Source of the DNA: a virus
Direction: 5' to 3' (one strand)
IMG/VR virus record: IMGVR_UViG_3300009073_000002
Length of the DNA: 64,000 nucleotides
Position numbers and translations under genes: made by a program
Shown here: piece after piece, positions 10,376 through 19,463 of the stretch
Layout: each line of letters starts with the position of its first letter
Position numbering within the stretch: position 1 is the stretch's first letter
The notes under the pieces: model-generated
The model's input: only the letters and a program-made list of their open reading frames with translations
Told to the model about the DNA's origin: nothing
Databases searched by the model: none

Positions 10376-11878
10376 ATGTTGAGACCAGACTTATTTAGGA
10401 ATAATGTAGTTGAAAAGTTAATCCCAAGGGATTACCAGGAAGTGTCTGTTCGTAGTATAATTGACTATATAAAGTCTGCTACTACTTTTGATAAGAAAAG
10501 AGGCGTATATGTAGGTCCGGTAGCGTGTGGAAAAAGTTTCATAATAGCATTAGCGGCATTAGAGTTGGGAGAGCCAATATTGGTATTGCAGCCGAGTAAG
10601 GAATTGCTTGGTCAGAATTACGAGAAGTATACTGATGCAGGAGGTGTAGCGACTATATTCAGTGCTAGTATGAAAATGAAAGTATTGAGCTCTAATACCT
10701 ATGCAACTCTAGGGTCAATTAAAAATCAAGCCGCTAAACTTAAAAAATTAGGAGTAAGATATGTATTCATAGATGAATGTCATAAAGGTTATAGTCCTGA
10801 AGAGAAAGGAGTAGCTAGAATATTTTTGGAAGCATTAGATCCAACTTGTGTCGTTGGATTCACTGCGACACCAGTGAGATTAGAGTATGAAAAGAAAAAT
10901 GGTTTGCAGAAAAGCGGTATGCAGATTAAATTCATTACAAGTACTAATCCTACTTTATTTAATGATGTCATTCATATTGTTCAGATATCTGAAATCAAAC
11001 AATACTGGCCAGATATCTCTCTTTATGAATTTGACTTTGACGAATCAGCCCTAGTAACGACTAAAGATGGTACAGACTTCACAGATAAGAGTGCGTCGGA
11101 AGCAGTTGAGAAGAATAAAGTAAATCGAAATATTTGCATGCATTTGAAGTCAATTTCTAAAGAGAGGAAATCAACTTTAGTTTTTGTAGATAGTGTAGCT
11201 TCTGCTCATAAGTTTAGTAAATGGTGTAACGAATCATTAGGACTTAACACAGCAGTTGTTTATGGTGGAATGAATCTTGATCTAAGGAGTGATATTGTTG
11301 AAGAATTTAAGAACTTAGAAATTGATGTTATTTTCAATTTCGGTACATTAACTACTGGTTTCGATCACCCTGAATTGGATTGTGTTGTATTAGGTCGGCC
11401 AATGAATTCTTATAGTGACTTTTATCAAATGATAGGTAGAGGATTAAGAATTCATATAGAAAAAGAGAATTGCATGGTACTTGATTTCTGTAATAACTTT
11501 AGAAGAATGGGAGATGTAAGAAAAATGGAGATACTACATGTGCCTTACTGGGGATGGGCTATATTTGTTGGAGGAAAGCTATTGACTGATATTCCAATTA
11601 AAGGACCAAAACTTACTTTAGAACAAACTATAGTTTTAGGAAAGACTAGAGAATATAATTTGAAGAAACCTCGAATTGGATTTGGGCAGTATACAGAATG
11701 TGGATATGAAAAACTTGTAGAAGATCCGGGTTACTTGAGGTACTTACTGCCAAAAATAGAAGCTAAAATTGCAGAGGAAGGAAAGAAGATACCAAAGAAA
11801 TACATAAGATTTGTAGAAATGGGAAAATTTATTTTAAATATAGAAAAAGAATTAAAAAATGTTCGAAAAGCAGCCTAA
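10376..11878 (+). CDS. SF2 DEAD/DEAH-box DNA helicase
   Basis: Walker A GPVACGKS, DECH box (FIDECH), FTATP and motif VI QMIGRGLR. Confidence 0.8.
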   Translation: MLRPDLFRNNVVEKLIPRDYQEVSVRSIIDYIKSATTFDKKRGVYVGPVACGKSFIIALAALELGEPILVLQPSKELLGQNYEKYTDAGGVATIFSASMKMKVLSSNTYATLGSIKNQAAKLKKLGVRYVFIDECHKGYSPEEKGVARIFLEALDPTCVVGFTATPVRLEYEKKNGLQKSGMQIKFITSTNPTLFNDVIHIVQISEIKQYWPDISLYEFDFDESALVTTKDGTDFTDKSASEAVEKNKVNRNICMHLKSISKERKSTLVFVDSVASAHKFSKWCNESLGLNTAVVYGGMNLDLRSDIVEEFKNLEIDVIFNFGTLTTGFDHPELDCVVLGRPMNSYSDFYQMIGRGLRIHIEKENCMVLDFCNNFRRMGDVRKMEILHVPYWGWAIFVGGKLLTDIPIKGPKLTLEQTIVLGKTREYNLKKPRIGFGQYTECGYEKLVEDPGYLRYLLPKIEAKIAEEGKKIPKKYIRFVEMGKFILNIEKELKNVRKAA

Positions 11879-13460
11879 CAAACAGCAAGAGAAAGTACCA
11901 CCACAACCTAGAGGTGGTGCTAAAATTCCACCTACAGAGACTGAGAGTATAATTAGTCAGGCTATAGAAGTGGTTGAAAAAGTATTTGACACACTTGGTC
12001 CAAATGGAAAGAGAGTAGTTTATCAGAGTGCCGAAGGGATCGGCGCGAGTAAGGATGGTGTGACCATTTTAAAACATCTCTGGCATTACGATGAGAATGT
12101 AGACAATGCAATTGAATTGATCCGTCAAGGAAGTGAAAAGACTCTCCAAGAGGAAGGTGATGGAACAACAACAACAGCAATGTTAGCTTGTATCCTTTAT
12201 GGAATAATCACAGACAAAGCATTCGCGGAAATTCCACATCACCAGAAAGTGAAAATTGTAGAGGATTCTGAAAAAGCGATTCTGGAAGAACTTGAAGTAA
12301 TGATGCTTCCATGTGATACTGAAGAAGCATTAATCAAGATTGCTACCATCTCAGCAAATAATGATGCTGAAATAGGACAGCACATAGGATCTCTAGTCTC
12401 TAAGTACAGAGAGAATTCATTTATGATGATCAATAAGGGACGAAATCCAAAGACCATTGTAGAAGAAATGAAGGGAGTCTATTTAGATTGTTCTATTCAC
12501 AGTGATTACTTTTTAGATGATGGGCCTGCAATTAATAGGCCTCAGTCAGTATTATTGATGCTGAATGAAGCTGTTGGGTCAAGTAAAGGAATCATTGAAG
12601 ATTGTGCCGAGTATTGTATAGATAGAGGGATTAAGAGTATGATACTAATGTGTGAGTCAGTAGAGCCGACAATCTTAGAAGTATTTAAGGAATATGCTCA
12701 AACTGGATTTGACATAGTTCCAATCGGGCTACCTGATCATGGTGAGTTAAGACACCAAAAAATGGAGGATCTAGCTAGTGTAACTGGTGGAACCTACTTT
12801 CGAAGTGGAAAAGGAAAAAGCACTGATCCTGCGGATTGCTTAGGTGAAATAGCATATGCTAAGATATTGAAGTACGAAGTAGTATTGTCATTACTCGATT
12901 CAGCAGTTCCTAAAGTAAAATCAAGGACAAAGTATCTCAATGAGAAACTTGCAGAAATAGAAAAGTCAGATATTGTAAATAGAGATTTTGCAATAGATAA
13001 CATGAAGGAAAGAATCTCTTTAATCAATTCTAGTACTTGTACAATCATCGTAGGAGGACGAACTCCTGCGGAAGTAAGCGAGAAGTACGATCGGTATGAT
13101 GATGCCAAGAGAGCGACTATTAGTGCGCTGCAAAACGGTTTAGTGGTAACTTCATCTCAGGCATTGCATCAAGTGTCAGATGAATTAATCCTAAGAAAAG
13201 GGAATTCTGATTTGGAAGATGCTATTTATAATGCTCTAATAAAGCCATTTGAGTATGTCACAAAGGATTTATATGTAGAGTTTAGACCATTGAAAGGAGA
13301 AGCTTTGAATATTATTACAGATACATTAGGAGAACCACTAGAGGTAGGTGCAATCGATCCGTATGCTGTTGTGAGAAGTTGTGTTAAAAATGGATTTAGT
13401 GTAGCAAAAATGTTGATGAGTATTTCATCATTTGTGAAATTAAAGCCACATAGGAGGTAA
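11859..13460 (+). CDS. groEL: GroEL/Cpn60-family chaperonin
   Basis: LGPNGKRVV...ASKDGVTILK...EEGDGTTTTAMLA matches the GroEL equatorial-domain signature. 533 aa. Confidence 0.8.
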   Translation: MFEKQPNKQQEKVPPQPRGGAKIPPTETESIISQAIEVVEKVFDTLGPNGKRVVYQSAEGIGASKDGVTILKHLWHYDENVDNAIELIRQGSEKTLQEEGDGTTTTAMLACILYGIITDKAFAEIPHHQKVKIVEDSEKAILEELEVMMLPCDTEEALIKIATISANNDAEIGQHIGSLVSKYRENSFMMINKGRNPKTIVEEMKGVYLDCSIHSDYFLDDGPAINRPQSVLLMLNEAVGSSKGIIEDCAEYCIDRGIKSMILMCESVEPTILEVFKEYAQTGFDIVPIGLPDHGELRHQKMEDLASVTGGTYFRSGKGKSTDPADCLGEIAYAKILKYEVVLSLLDSAVPKVKSRTKYLNEKLAEIEKSDIVNRDFAIDNMKERISLINSSTCTIIVGGRTPAEVSEKYDRYDDAKRATISALQNGLVVTSSQALHQVSDELILRKGNSDLEDAIYNALIKPFEYVTKDLYVEFRPLKGEALNIITDTLGEPLEVGAIDPYAVVRSCVKNGFSVAKMLMSISSFVKLKPHRR

Positions 13461-13471
13461 TTCGTTTTGGA

Positions 13472-13516
13472 GTGTCGTGCTCGAGTTTTAGGGAGTAAGG
13501 GTGCGGCACATTTTTT
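13472..13516 (+). terminator. putative intrinsic terminator after the chaperonin gene
   Basis: GTGTCGTGC...GTGCGGCAC forms a 9-bp stem (with G-U pairs), followed by A and T6. The 20-nt loop is large. Confidence 0.4.
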
Positions 13517-13542
13517 ATCATTTAAAATCAAAAAATAATATT

Positions 13543-13881
13543 ATGGATTCAGTAATTTTAGAAGTAAAAAAAGAAAGAATGGCTCAAAATGACAAATGGG
13601 GTGTTCAAGATCATGGCCCAGTAGAATGGATGGCAATACTTATGGAAGAATTAGGCGAAGTATCGAAGGAAGCTGTAGATTTTCACTTTAAAAATCCAGT
13701 TAAGTATACAGATAAAAAAGGAGAAGGAAAGATTATGCCAAGTGATGATGATGTTCAGCATTCAAGATTATTGGCATATCGTAAAGAATTGATTCAAACT
13801 GCAGCAGTTGCTATTCAAGCTGTTGAATGCATTGATAGAAATTACTTTGACAAAACAAATGACGAAGTTATTTCTAAATAA
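13543..13881 (+). CDS. MazG-like nucleotide pyrophosphohydrolase
   Basis: EELGEVSKE (ExxGE-type) motif and all-helical small size. The ATG at 13543 is preferred over the track GTG at 13501, which lies inside the terminator. Confidence 0.65.
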   Translation: MDSVILEVKKERMAQNDKWGVQDHGPVEWMAILMEELGEVSKEAVDFHFKNPVKYTDKKGEGKIMPSDDDVQHSRLLAYRKELIQTAAVAIQAVECIDRNYFDKTNDEVISK

Positions 13882-13898
13882 TCAACACTAATAGGACA

Positions 13899-14771
13899 AT
13901 GGCATATTACGATTTTAATTCAGAAGATACAAGAGCGATACAAGAGCTTAATGAGGATCTTAATCTTGCAGAGAGTTTAAGGTTAAAAGGTCCAATGGGT
14001 GAGTTCCAGAGAGAACCATTCATGTATGAGGTAAGAAAGAATCTTGAAGGAGAGTATACTGGATTGATTTGCGAAGGAGGGGTTCTTAAAATTGATGGAA
14101 AAGAGAAGTCTGGAAAGAGTAGAGTATTAGGGGCAGCTGCATCTGCTTCATTACACACCCATGGTGGTTATTGGGATTTGCCAGATCAATATCCATTATT
14201 TAAGTATAATAAAGATCTTAATGAAGAAAAGGGATTTGGTTTATACATTGATACTGAAAATGGAGGTATTGAATTTGAAACTATTCAAAGATCAATATTA
14301 AAGTCGGCAGGATATGATGAGGCTCCTGATTTTTACAAATGCTATCCATTTAGACGGTTTACTGATTACATTGGAAAGACTAGAATGCTAGTAAAGTACA
14401 TTGAGGAATTGGCCAACAGCAGAATAGGACTTGATAATTTATTCTTAGATGTATCTACAGATTTTGTCAACAAAGTAAACGATGAAGATACAGCAAAGGA
14501 ATTCTGGGATTTGATAAGTAAATTAAGCGAGAAGTATAAGTTTTGCTGTTTAAATACAATGCATCAGAATAAAGGGAATGATAGTAGTACAGGTATTTTT
14601 GGTGGATTTGCAGATAAAAAAGCGAGTTACAATTCAAGTATCTTTTCTTCATCTATGGATGAAAGATTAAAGATTTGGACAACTAAAAATACTAGGCTAT
14701 CGGAGTCATTTAGATCAATGACATTTATTTTTGATGAAATTACTGGATTACCAGTACAACACTTTGGATAA
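13899..14771 (+). CDS. RecA-fold P-loop ATPase (DnaB-C/AAA_25-like)
   Basis: Walker A GKEKSGKS; Walker B-like NLFLDVSTD. Confidence 0.5.
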   Translation: MAYYDFNSEDTRAIQELNEDLNLAESLRLKGPMGEFQREPFMYEVRKNLEGEYTGLICEGGVLKIDGKEKSGKSRVLGAAASASLHTHGGYWDLPDQYPLFKYNKDLNEEKGFGLYIDTENGGIEFETIQRSILKSAGYDEAPDFYKCYPFRRFTDYIGKTRMLVKYIEELANSRIGLDNLFLDVSTDFVNKVNDEDTAKEFWDLISKLSEKYKFCCLNTMHQNKGNDSSTGIFGGFADKKASYNSSIFSSSMDERLKIWTTKNTRLSESFRSMTFIFDEITGLPVQHFG

Positions 14772-15289
14772 TGGGAATACCTGCCAGAAAAAAAGAATGT
14801 AAAGGATATGGTAGAGAGTCACATCATGCTTATCTGTTTAGTCATGGTTTGTGTAAGAACTGTAACAATGCTAGGATACTAGATGAAAGAAAAGAATTGC
14901 CAATTGAGCAACAAGCACCATTCCGAAAGACATATATTAAAACCACTCCGAGTAAAAAGCAGGTCAGTAGGAAAAAAGATGAGATGGAATCCGGACGTAA
15001 GTACTGGGAATCGATGGCGAATGAGAAGGGCGAGGTACATTGCGAAGAGTCGGGAGTATACCTTGGTCGTTCAGATGAATACAACCACGCCTGCCTTGCT
15101 CACATACTGGGCAATAAAGGACACCAGAGATTCAGAACCGACCCTAGGTGTTTTATCCTTTTGACGTTTGTATTGCATAATGTATTGGATACAGTAGGCG
15201 ACGCGGAGTATAAGGAGAAGATGCTGCCTAATACTTGGGAAAGAATAGAAGAAATGAGAATGCTATTAAATAGAGAAAGTCACACTTAA
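14771..15289 (+). CDS. Cys/His-rich nuclease-like protein (NinG/HNH-like, tentative)
   Basis: N-terminal CKGYG...CKNC cluster and C-terminal HCEESG...CLAHILGNKGH. Confidence 0.4.
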   Translation: MGIPARKKECKGYGRESHHAYLFSHGLCKNCNNARILDERKELPIEQQAPFRKTYIKTTPSKKQVSRKKDEMESGRKYWESMANEKGEVHCEESGVYLGRSDEYNHACLAHILGNKGHQRFRTDPRCFILLTFVLHNVLDTVGDAEYKEKMLPNTWERIEEMRMLLNRESHT

Positions 15290-15300
15290 AATTTAGAATT

Positions 15301-15486
15301 ATGATAATTATGTATTTTGCCTTATTCCTAATGTTAATTACAGCTTTGGAATGGCTTTATTTAGTAGGTAAACAGATTCATGCTTATGTCACAAAAGTAC
15401 AAAGTGATGCTATGAATATTATTGCAAATAGAAGGTATCGAGTTACTATGATTCTTGCTTTATTGTTAATCGTTTATTATGCGTAG
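15301..15486 (+). CDS. small membrane protein
   Basis: Two hydrophobic helices (ALFLMLITALEWLYLV, MILALLLIVYY). Confidence 0.5.
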   Translation: MIIMYFALFLMLITALEWLYLVGKQIHAYVTKVQSDAMNIIANRRYRVTMILALLLIVYYA

Positions 15487-15988
15487 AGAGATGAAAACAT
15501 TTGATCAGAATATAGCAGAAGCTAAGGAAAAGCTGAAGCATTATCTAACAGAGAGAACACAGAGGATACAGGAATGTGAAAATATGGGTGGAAATAATAC
15601 CGCTTACAAAGTTGCAATTTACGTTTATGGTCATCGATCAAAAAGACCAAGTGATGCTGAATATGACGTAACTAAGTATGGTCGTAAAGAACCTATAAAA
15701 TGGACGAATTACTTCTCTTTTCATAATTCTCTTATAACTGGTATTGGTAGAGGTGGAATACCTGCAATATTTGTATTGGAAAGAAAGCATTTTAATATGG
15801 ATTATCATGTTGATTCAAGTCATTGGAAAGCATCAGATAGTCTAGACTCGTATGAGGATTGGAAGAAGCAATTATCTGGACATCACCCTACTAATCAAAT
15901 GCAAATATTAGGATTGGATGTAATATCGGTAGATATTCCTGAGTTGAAAATTAAGGATTGGATAATCATACAACCAGAAGAAAATTAA
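15479..15988 (+). CDS. hypothetical protein
   Basis: 169-aa ORF in a tight plus-strand array. Confidence 0.6.
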   Translation: MRREMKTFDQNIAEAKEKLKHYLTERTQRIQECENMGGNNTAYKVAIYVYGHRSKRPSDAEYDVTKYGRKEPIKWTNYFSFHNSLITGIGRGGIPAIFVLERKHFNMDYHVDSSHWKASDSLDSYEDWKKQLSGHHPTNQMQILGLDVISVDIPELKIKDWIIIQPEEN

Positions 15989-15990
15989 TT

Positions 15991-16386
15991 ATGGAGCCAT
16001 TTGCAGTATTTGAAAAAATAATAGACCAAGTAGAGAAGCTTCAAGACCAAGGTATAGATGTTACAGTCTCTAAGTTTGATAAAGACTATGATCCAAATGA
16101 AACTAGGTGTTTACCTAGAGCATTATGGAGAAAGATAGAGTTTAGGTGTGCTAATAAGGCTGAATGCGCTGCCGTTTATGCTGCTTTGAGAGCCTTGGGG
16201 ATGCTTTGTATCTATTTTTACGTAGGAGGCAACTCAGACGGCGTAAGAGCCTGGAGTGTGGATTGGAGCACCTACACTACAAAAGAAGAAGATGCAGAAC
16301 GAATGCTAGGATTAGAACAATTTGAGAGAATAACAATGGGTGAAGAAACTATTGATTTGAGTAATGATCTAGAAGAAGAGCTATGA
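15991..16386 (+). CDS. hypothetical protein
   Basis: The ATG at 15991 sits just after the upstream stop. The track start at 15958 overlaps the upstream gene. Confidence 0.55.
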   Translation: MEPFAVFEKIIDQVEKLQDQGIDVTVSKFDKDYDPNETRCLPRALWRKIEFRCANKAECAAVYAALRALGMLCIYFYVGGNSDGVRAWSVDWSTYTTKEEDAERMLGLEQFERITMGEETIDLSNDLEEEL

Positions 16387-16658
16387 TAAAGATAGATCCA
16401 GATAAATACTATACTGTTGATGGTAAAGGTAAAATTCGAATTAAGAATGTAGGGAATAGAGGGAATCAGATACTAATTAAGTTTTTAGAAAAAGGGAAAC
16501 TTAGAACATCAACTTATGATAAAGAAGATATTGCTTTTGTAAACCCTGATTCATTACAAGAATGGGTAGAGCCTGAGAAGAAAAATGAAGATAAGAAAGT
16601 AAGAAATACGAAAGGATTATCTACTAATGATTTATACGAAATAATTAATGATGACTGA
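16383..16658 (+). CDS. hypothetical protein
   Basis: ATGA-type overlap with the upstream gene. Confidence 0.55.
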   Translation: MIKIDPDKYYTVDGKGKIRIKNVGNRGNQILIKFLEKGKLRTSTYDKEDIAFVNPDSLQEWVEPEKKNEDKKVRNTKGLSTNDLYEIINDD

Positions 16659-16938
16659 TAATCAATATATCAATGCGTGTATTAAGAAGTTAAGATCAAT
16701 ACGATTTTCACTTAAAACACATAGCTTAACTATTGAGCAATTTAAGGAGCTGATAGAAGCTTTTGAGAACTCTAATAATAAGGGAGTATCTAAAGCGATG
16801 AAAGAGAATGATGCGAACATAGAGTTTCTTAATTCATTTGAAGAGAACGCAGTAAAAATAAGAGCGTTTTGGACCGATAGAATAGATCAAATTGTAGACC
16901 ATTTAAAAGAAAAGAAAAATGAATTCTGTGAAAGTTAG
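16648..16938 (+). CDS. hypothetical protein
   Basis: Tight array. Confidence 0.55.
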   Translation: MMTDNQYINACIKKLRSIRFSLKTHSLTIEQFKELIEAFENSNNKGVSKAMKENDANIEFLNSFEENAVKIRAFWTDRIDQIVDHLKEKKNEFCES

Positions 16939-17194
16939 TAAAGAACAAAAAACGAAAATCAATAACCTATTAAAAGAAGTCGCTACAGACTTTACCTTTA
17001 GAGTTGAAGATAACTGTATTAAAATAAAATGCCGTAAAGTATCAAAGAGATGGATGGACATAGTAATTGATGTTAGTAACATCTTAGATGGAGTGTTTCC
17101 TAATATCGCTAAGATTATCAATACGGAGGGGAACTACTACGTAAAGAAAGTGCCTTTGAATTCACCTAAGAAAAAAGAAAAGCAAACCATTTAA
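16919..17194 (+). CDS. hypothetical protein
   Basis: Tight array. Confidence 0.55.
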   Translation: MNSVKVSKEQKTKINNLLKEVATDFTFRVEDNCIKIKCRKVSKRWMDIVIDVSNILDGVFPNIAKIINTEGNYYVKKVPLNSPKKKEKQTI

Positions 17195-17205
17195 AATTAA
17201 TATTT

Positions 17206-17664
17206 ATGTACTTTAAGGTAAAACCAAATTCAGATACTCACCGTAAGATTGATGAGTACTTTGAGAAAGAAAAAGATGCTCGAGAGAGGTTGAAAGTAAT
17301 CTTAGATGAAATCGGCGCAAAAAGATATGCTGTAGCAGACAACTGGGGATTCAGAACATTTGCTTTTGAATTTAAGGAAAAGCCAAAAGGATTTAAAATC
17401 TATAATAAGCATCGAAACTTATATACTCCTAGAAAGAATAATCCATTAAATTTAAGATTAGAATCATTAGGTTATCCAAGGAGAGATGATCTCAATAAGA
17501 TATTAGGATTCATTGAAGGGCAGGTAGGCAGGGCTATTACTATGAATGCCGGGATATTTAAGGCAGATGAAGTGTACTATGTTACTACTGGTAATGGTAG
17601 CACTGATAATTCTGACTTAATTGAAATACTTACATCAGAATATTTAAAGGCAAAAGGAGAGTAA
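17206..17664 (+). CDS. hypothetical protein
   Basis: 152-aa ORF. Confidence 0.6.
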   Translation: MYFKVKPNSDTHRKIDEYFEKEKDARERLKVILDEIGAKRYAVADNWGFRTFAFEFKEKPKGFKIYNKHRNLYTPRKNNPLNLRLESLGYPRRDDLNKILGFIEGQVGRAITMNAGIFKADEVYYVTTGNGSTDNSDLIEILTSEYLKAKGE

Positions 17665-17666
17665 AT

Positions 17667-17972
17667 ATGAGGAATTATTATAAATGTGGTATATGCGGAA
17701 CATATCATTGGACTGATGGAAATTGTCCTCCTGTGTACGAAGTTAATTATCCTGAATATATGGGAGAGGATGAATGGCATGAAGTCCGAGCGAGTAGTTT
17801 TGAGTCTGCTGCTGAAAAGTATGGGAGATACTATAACCAAGATTTTGAATTAATGAATGAGACTATAGAAGTCCAAGTTAGGTATAAAGATGAGATTCAA
17901 TACTTTAAGGTTTCAGCTGAGCCAGATATTCATTACGCAACACAATCAATTGAAAAATTTACAGAAGAATAA
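17667..17972 (+). CDS. hypothetical protein (N-terminal CxxC...C zinc-ribbon-like)
   Basis: YKCGICGTYHWTDGNCPP. Confidence 0.55.
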   Translation: MRNYYKCGICGTYHWTDGNCPPVYEVNYPEYMGEDEWHEVRASSFESAAEKYGRYYNQDFELMNETIEVQVRYKDEIQYFKVSAEPDIHYATQSIEKFTEE

Positions 17973-17974
17973 TC

Positions 17975-18208
17975 ATGGACTCTAAACTAGAAGAAGCAGT
18001 AGATCTCATTTTAGAAATGGGTTACTGCAGTGTATCAGCTATTCAAAGGAATTTAATGCTTGGTTATAATCGAGCATGTGGGATTATTGCTGAAATGGAA
18101 AAGCTAAAAATAGTTGGTCCGGCCAGAGGAACAAGACCTAGGGATGTGCTGATAGTAAGTAAAGACGAATTAGGTGAACTACCCACCCACGCCAGAGGCG
18201 ATGGGTGA
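17975..18208 (+). CDS. FtsK-gamma (winged-helix) domain protein; 3' end runs into the TnpB element
   Basis: LEEAVDLILEMGYCSVSAIQRNLMLGYNRACGIIAEMEKLKIVGPARGTRPRDVLI matches the FtsK gamma domain. The last ~10 codons are antisense to the tnpB 3' end. Confidence 0.8.
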   Translation: MDSKLEEAVDLILEMGYCSVSAIQRNLMLGYNRACGIIAEMEKLKIVGPARGTRPRDVLIVSKDELGELPTHARGDG

Positions 18209-18300
18209 GGCTTCAGGAGTCATCACTCCAACTAACGTCGGCAGTTCGTCCTGATTTTCAGTATCTATCCCAGACACCGTTTTATTTAAAGCAAAAGATT
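18159..18300 (-). ncRNA. predicted TnpB omega/right-end RNA (extent approximate)
   Basis: In known TnpB systems the guide RNA derives from the tnpB 3' end plus the right end of the element. Here a CACCCACGCC-AGA-GGCG-A-TGGGTG hairpin abuts the stop codon. Confidence 0.35.
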
Positions 18301-19440
18301 TAATATTTATGGCAGCATTAACATCACGATCAAGAACAGTAGAGCAACTGTTACAAGTCCACTCTCTATCCGAAAGTTGGAGGTCGTTGTTTATGCTACC
18401 ACAATTTGAGCACGTTTTACTTGAAGGAGCAAATCGACCTATGCGAAGAATATTATTCCCATACCATTCGGCTTTATATTCAAGCATATTCACAAAAGTA
18501 GACCAACTGGCGTCGGTTATCGCTTGTGCTAAGTTGTGGTTCTTAACCATATTTTTTACTGCAAGAGTTTCTAAAGCTATCGTTTGGTTCTCACGAATTA
18601 ACTTAGTCGAAACTTTGTGTAAAAAATCTTTTCTTTTATTTACTACATCTTCATGGAGTTTGGCAAGGCGTAGCCTTGACCTCTTTCCTTTATGTTTTGA
18701 ATACCTACGTTGTGCAAATCTTAATCTAGATTGCGCTTTACGTAAATACGTAGGGTTTTCAAATACTTGGCCATCTGAAGTGATAGCAAAATCTTTAATT
18801 CCAAGATCAATACCTATTGTAGATTCAGATTTTACTTTAGATTTGGCAGGAATCGATTCACCAGTATCGCAGAGGATAGAAGCAAAATACTTACCAGTAG
18901 GAGTTACACTAATAACAGCACTTTTAATTAATCCTTTGGTTGGTCTATGTAGAATTATCTTAATACCTTTCTTTCCAAACTTAGGTATAATCAATCGGTC
19001 TTTTTTTATTTTTAGATACTGCGGTACAGCAAATGATCCTCGATTGGACTTCTTTTTGAATTTAGGAAATCCTTCACCTTTAAAGAACCTTTTAAAAGCA
19101 ATATCCATATTTTGGATTGATTGTCCTAAAGATTGCGAGTTTACTTCTTTTAGAAATTCAAATTCTTTCTTTAAATCTGGGAACTGCTTAATTAAATCGA
19201 ATGCAGATAAATTCACTTTATTTCCTAAGTATGCAGAATTCTTAGTCTCTAAAGCTAGATTATACACTAATCTACAACATCCAATATGTTTATGGATGAG
19301 AACCTTTTGAGATTCAGTAGGATATATTCTGTATTTGAAAGATTTATACATTAAATATTATAACTATAATGTTTTGAGAAAAGTTTCAGTATCTCAAAAT
19401 TATTTTAAATATAAGATTAAAAGGAGTCGTGTAATAAATA
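18170..19440 (-). mobile_element. TnpB-only IS200/IS605-family (IS1341-like) element; ends approximate
   Basis: A TnpB ORF with a GC-rich hairpin at its 3' end (18184..18207) and an imperfect palindrome TTTTGAGA...TCTCAAAA upstream (19371..19398). No tnpA gene is present. Confidence 0.6.
18179..19351 (-). CDS. tnpB: TnpB RNA-guided endonuclease (OrfB_IS605 + zinc ribbon)
   Basis: YRIYPTESQKVLI...CCRLVYN, RuvC-I IGIDLGIKDFAITSDG, E in ALETLAVKNM, CSNCG...CNSC...DRDVNAAINI. Confidence 0.9.
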   Translation of the reverse strand: MYKSFKYRIYPTESQKVLIHKHIGCCRLVYNLALETKNSAYLGNKVNLSAFDLIKQFPDLKKEFEFLKEVNSQSLGQSIQNMDIAFKRFFKGEGFPKFKKKSNRGSFAVPQYLKIKKDRLIIPKFGKKGIKIILHRPTKGLIKSAVISVTPTGKYFASILCDTGESIPAKSKVKSESTIGIDLGIKDFAITSDGQVFENPTYLRKAQSRLRFAQRRYSKHKGKRSRLRLAKLHEDVVNKRKDFLHKVSTKLIRENQTIALETLAVKNMVKNHNLAQAITDASWSTFVNMLEYKAEWYGNNILRIGRFAPSSKTCSNCGSINNDLQLSDREWTCNSCSTVLDRDVNAAINIKSFALNKTVSGIDTENQDELPTLVGVMTPEASPIASGVGG

Positions 19441-19447
19441 AAAAGTT

Positions 19448-19455
19448 TATATTTG
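19448..19455 (+). promoter_or_regulatory. Bacteroidota-type -7 box TATATTTG upstream of the structured RNA candidate
   Basis: TATATTTG, then 8 nt, then GGGGG at 19464. Confidence 0.45.
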
Positions 19456-19463
19456 TAATATAT

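Noticed and set aside
18309-19310. 333-aa plus-strand ORF antisense to tnpB
   Set aside because: It lies entirely within and antisense to a TnpB gene that has all catalytic motifs. Its sequence is low-complexity and hydrophobic, typical of a shadow ORF.
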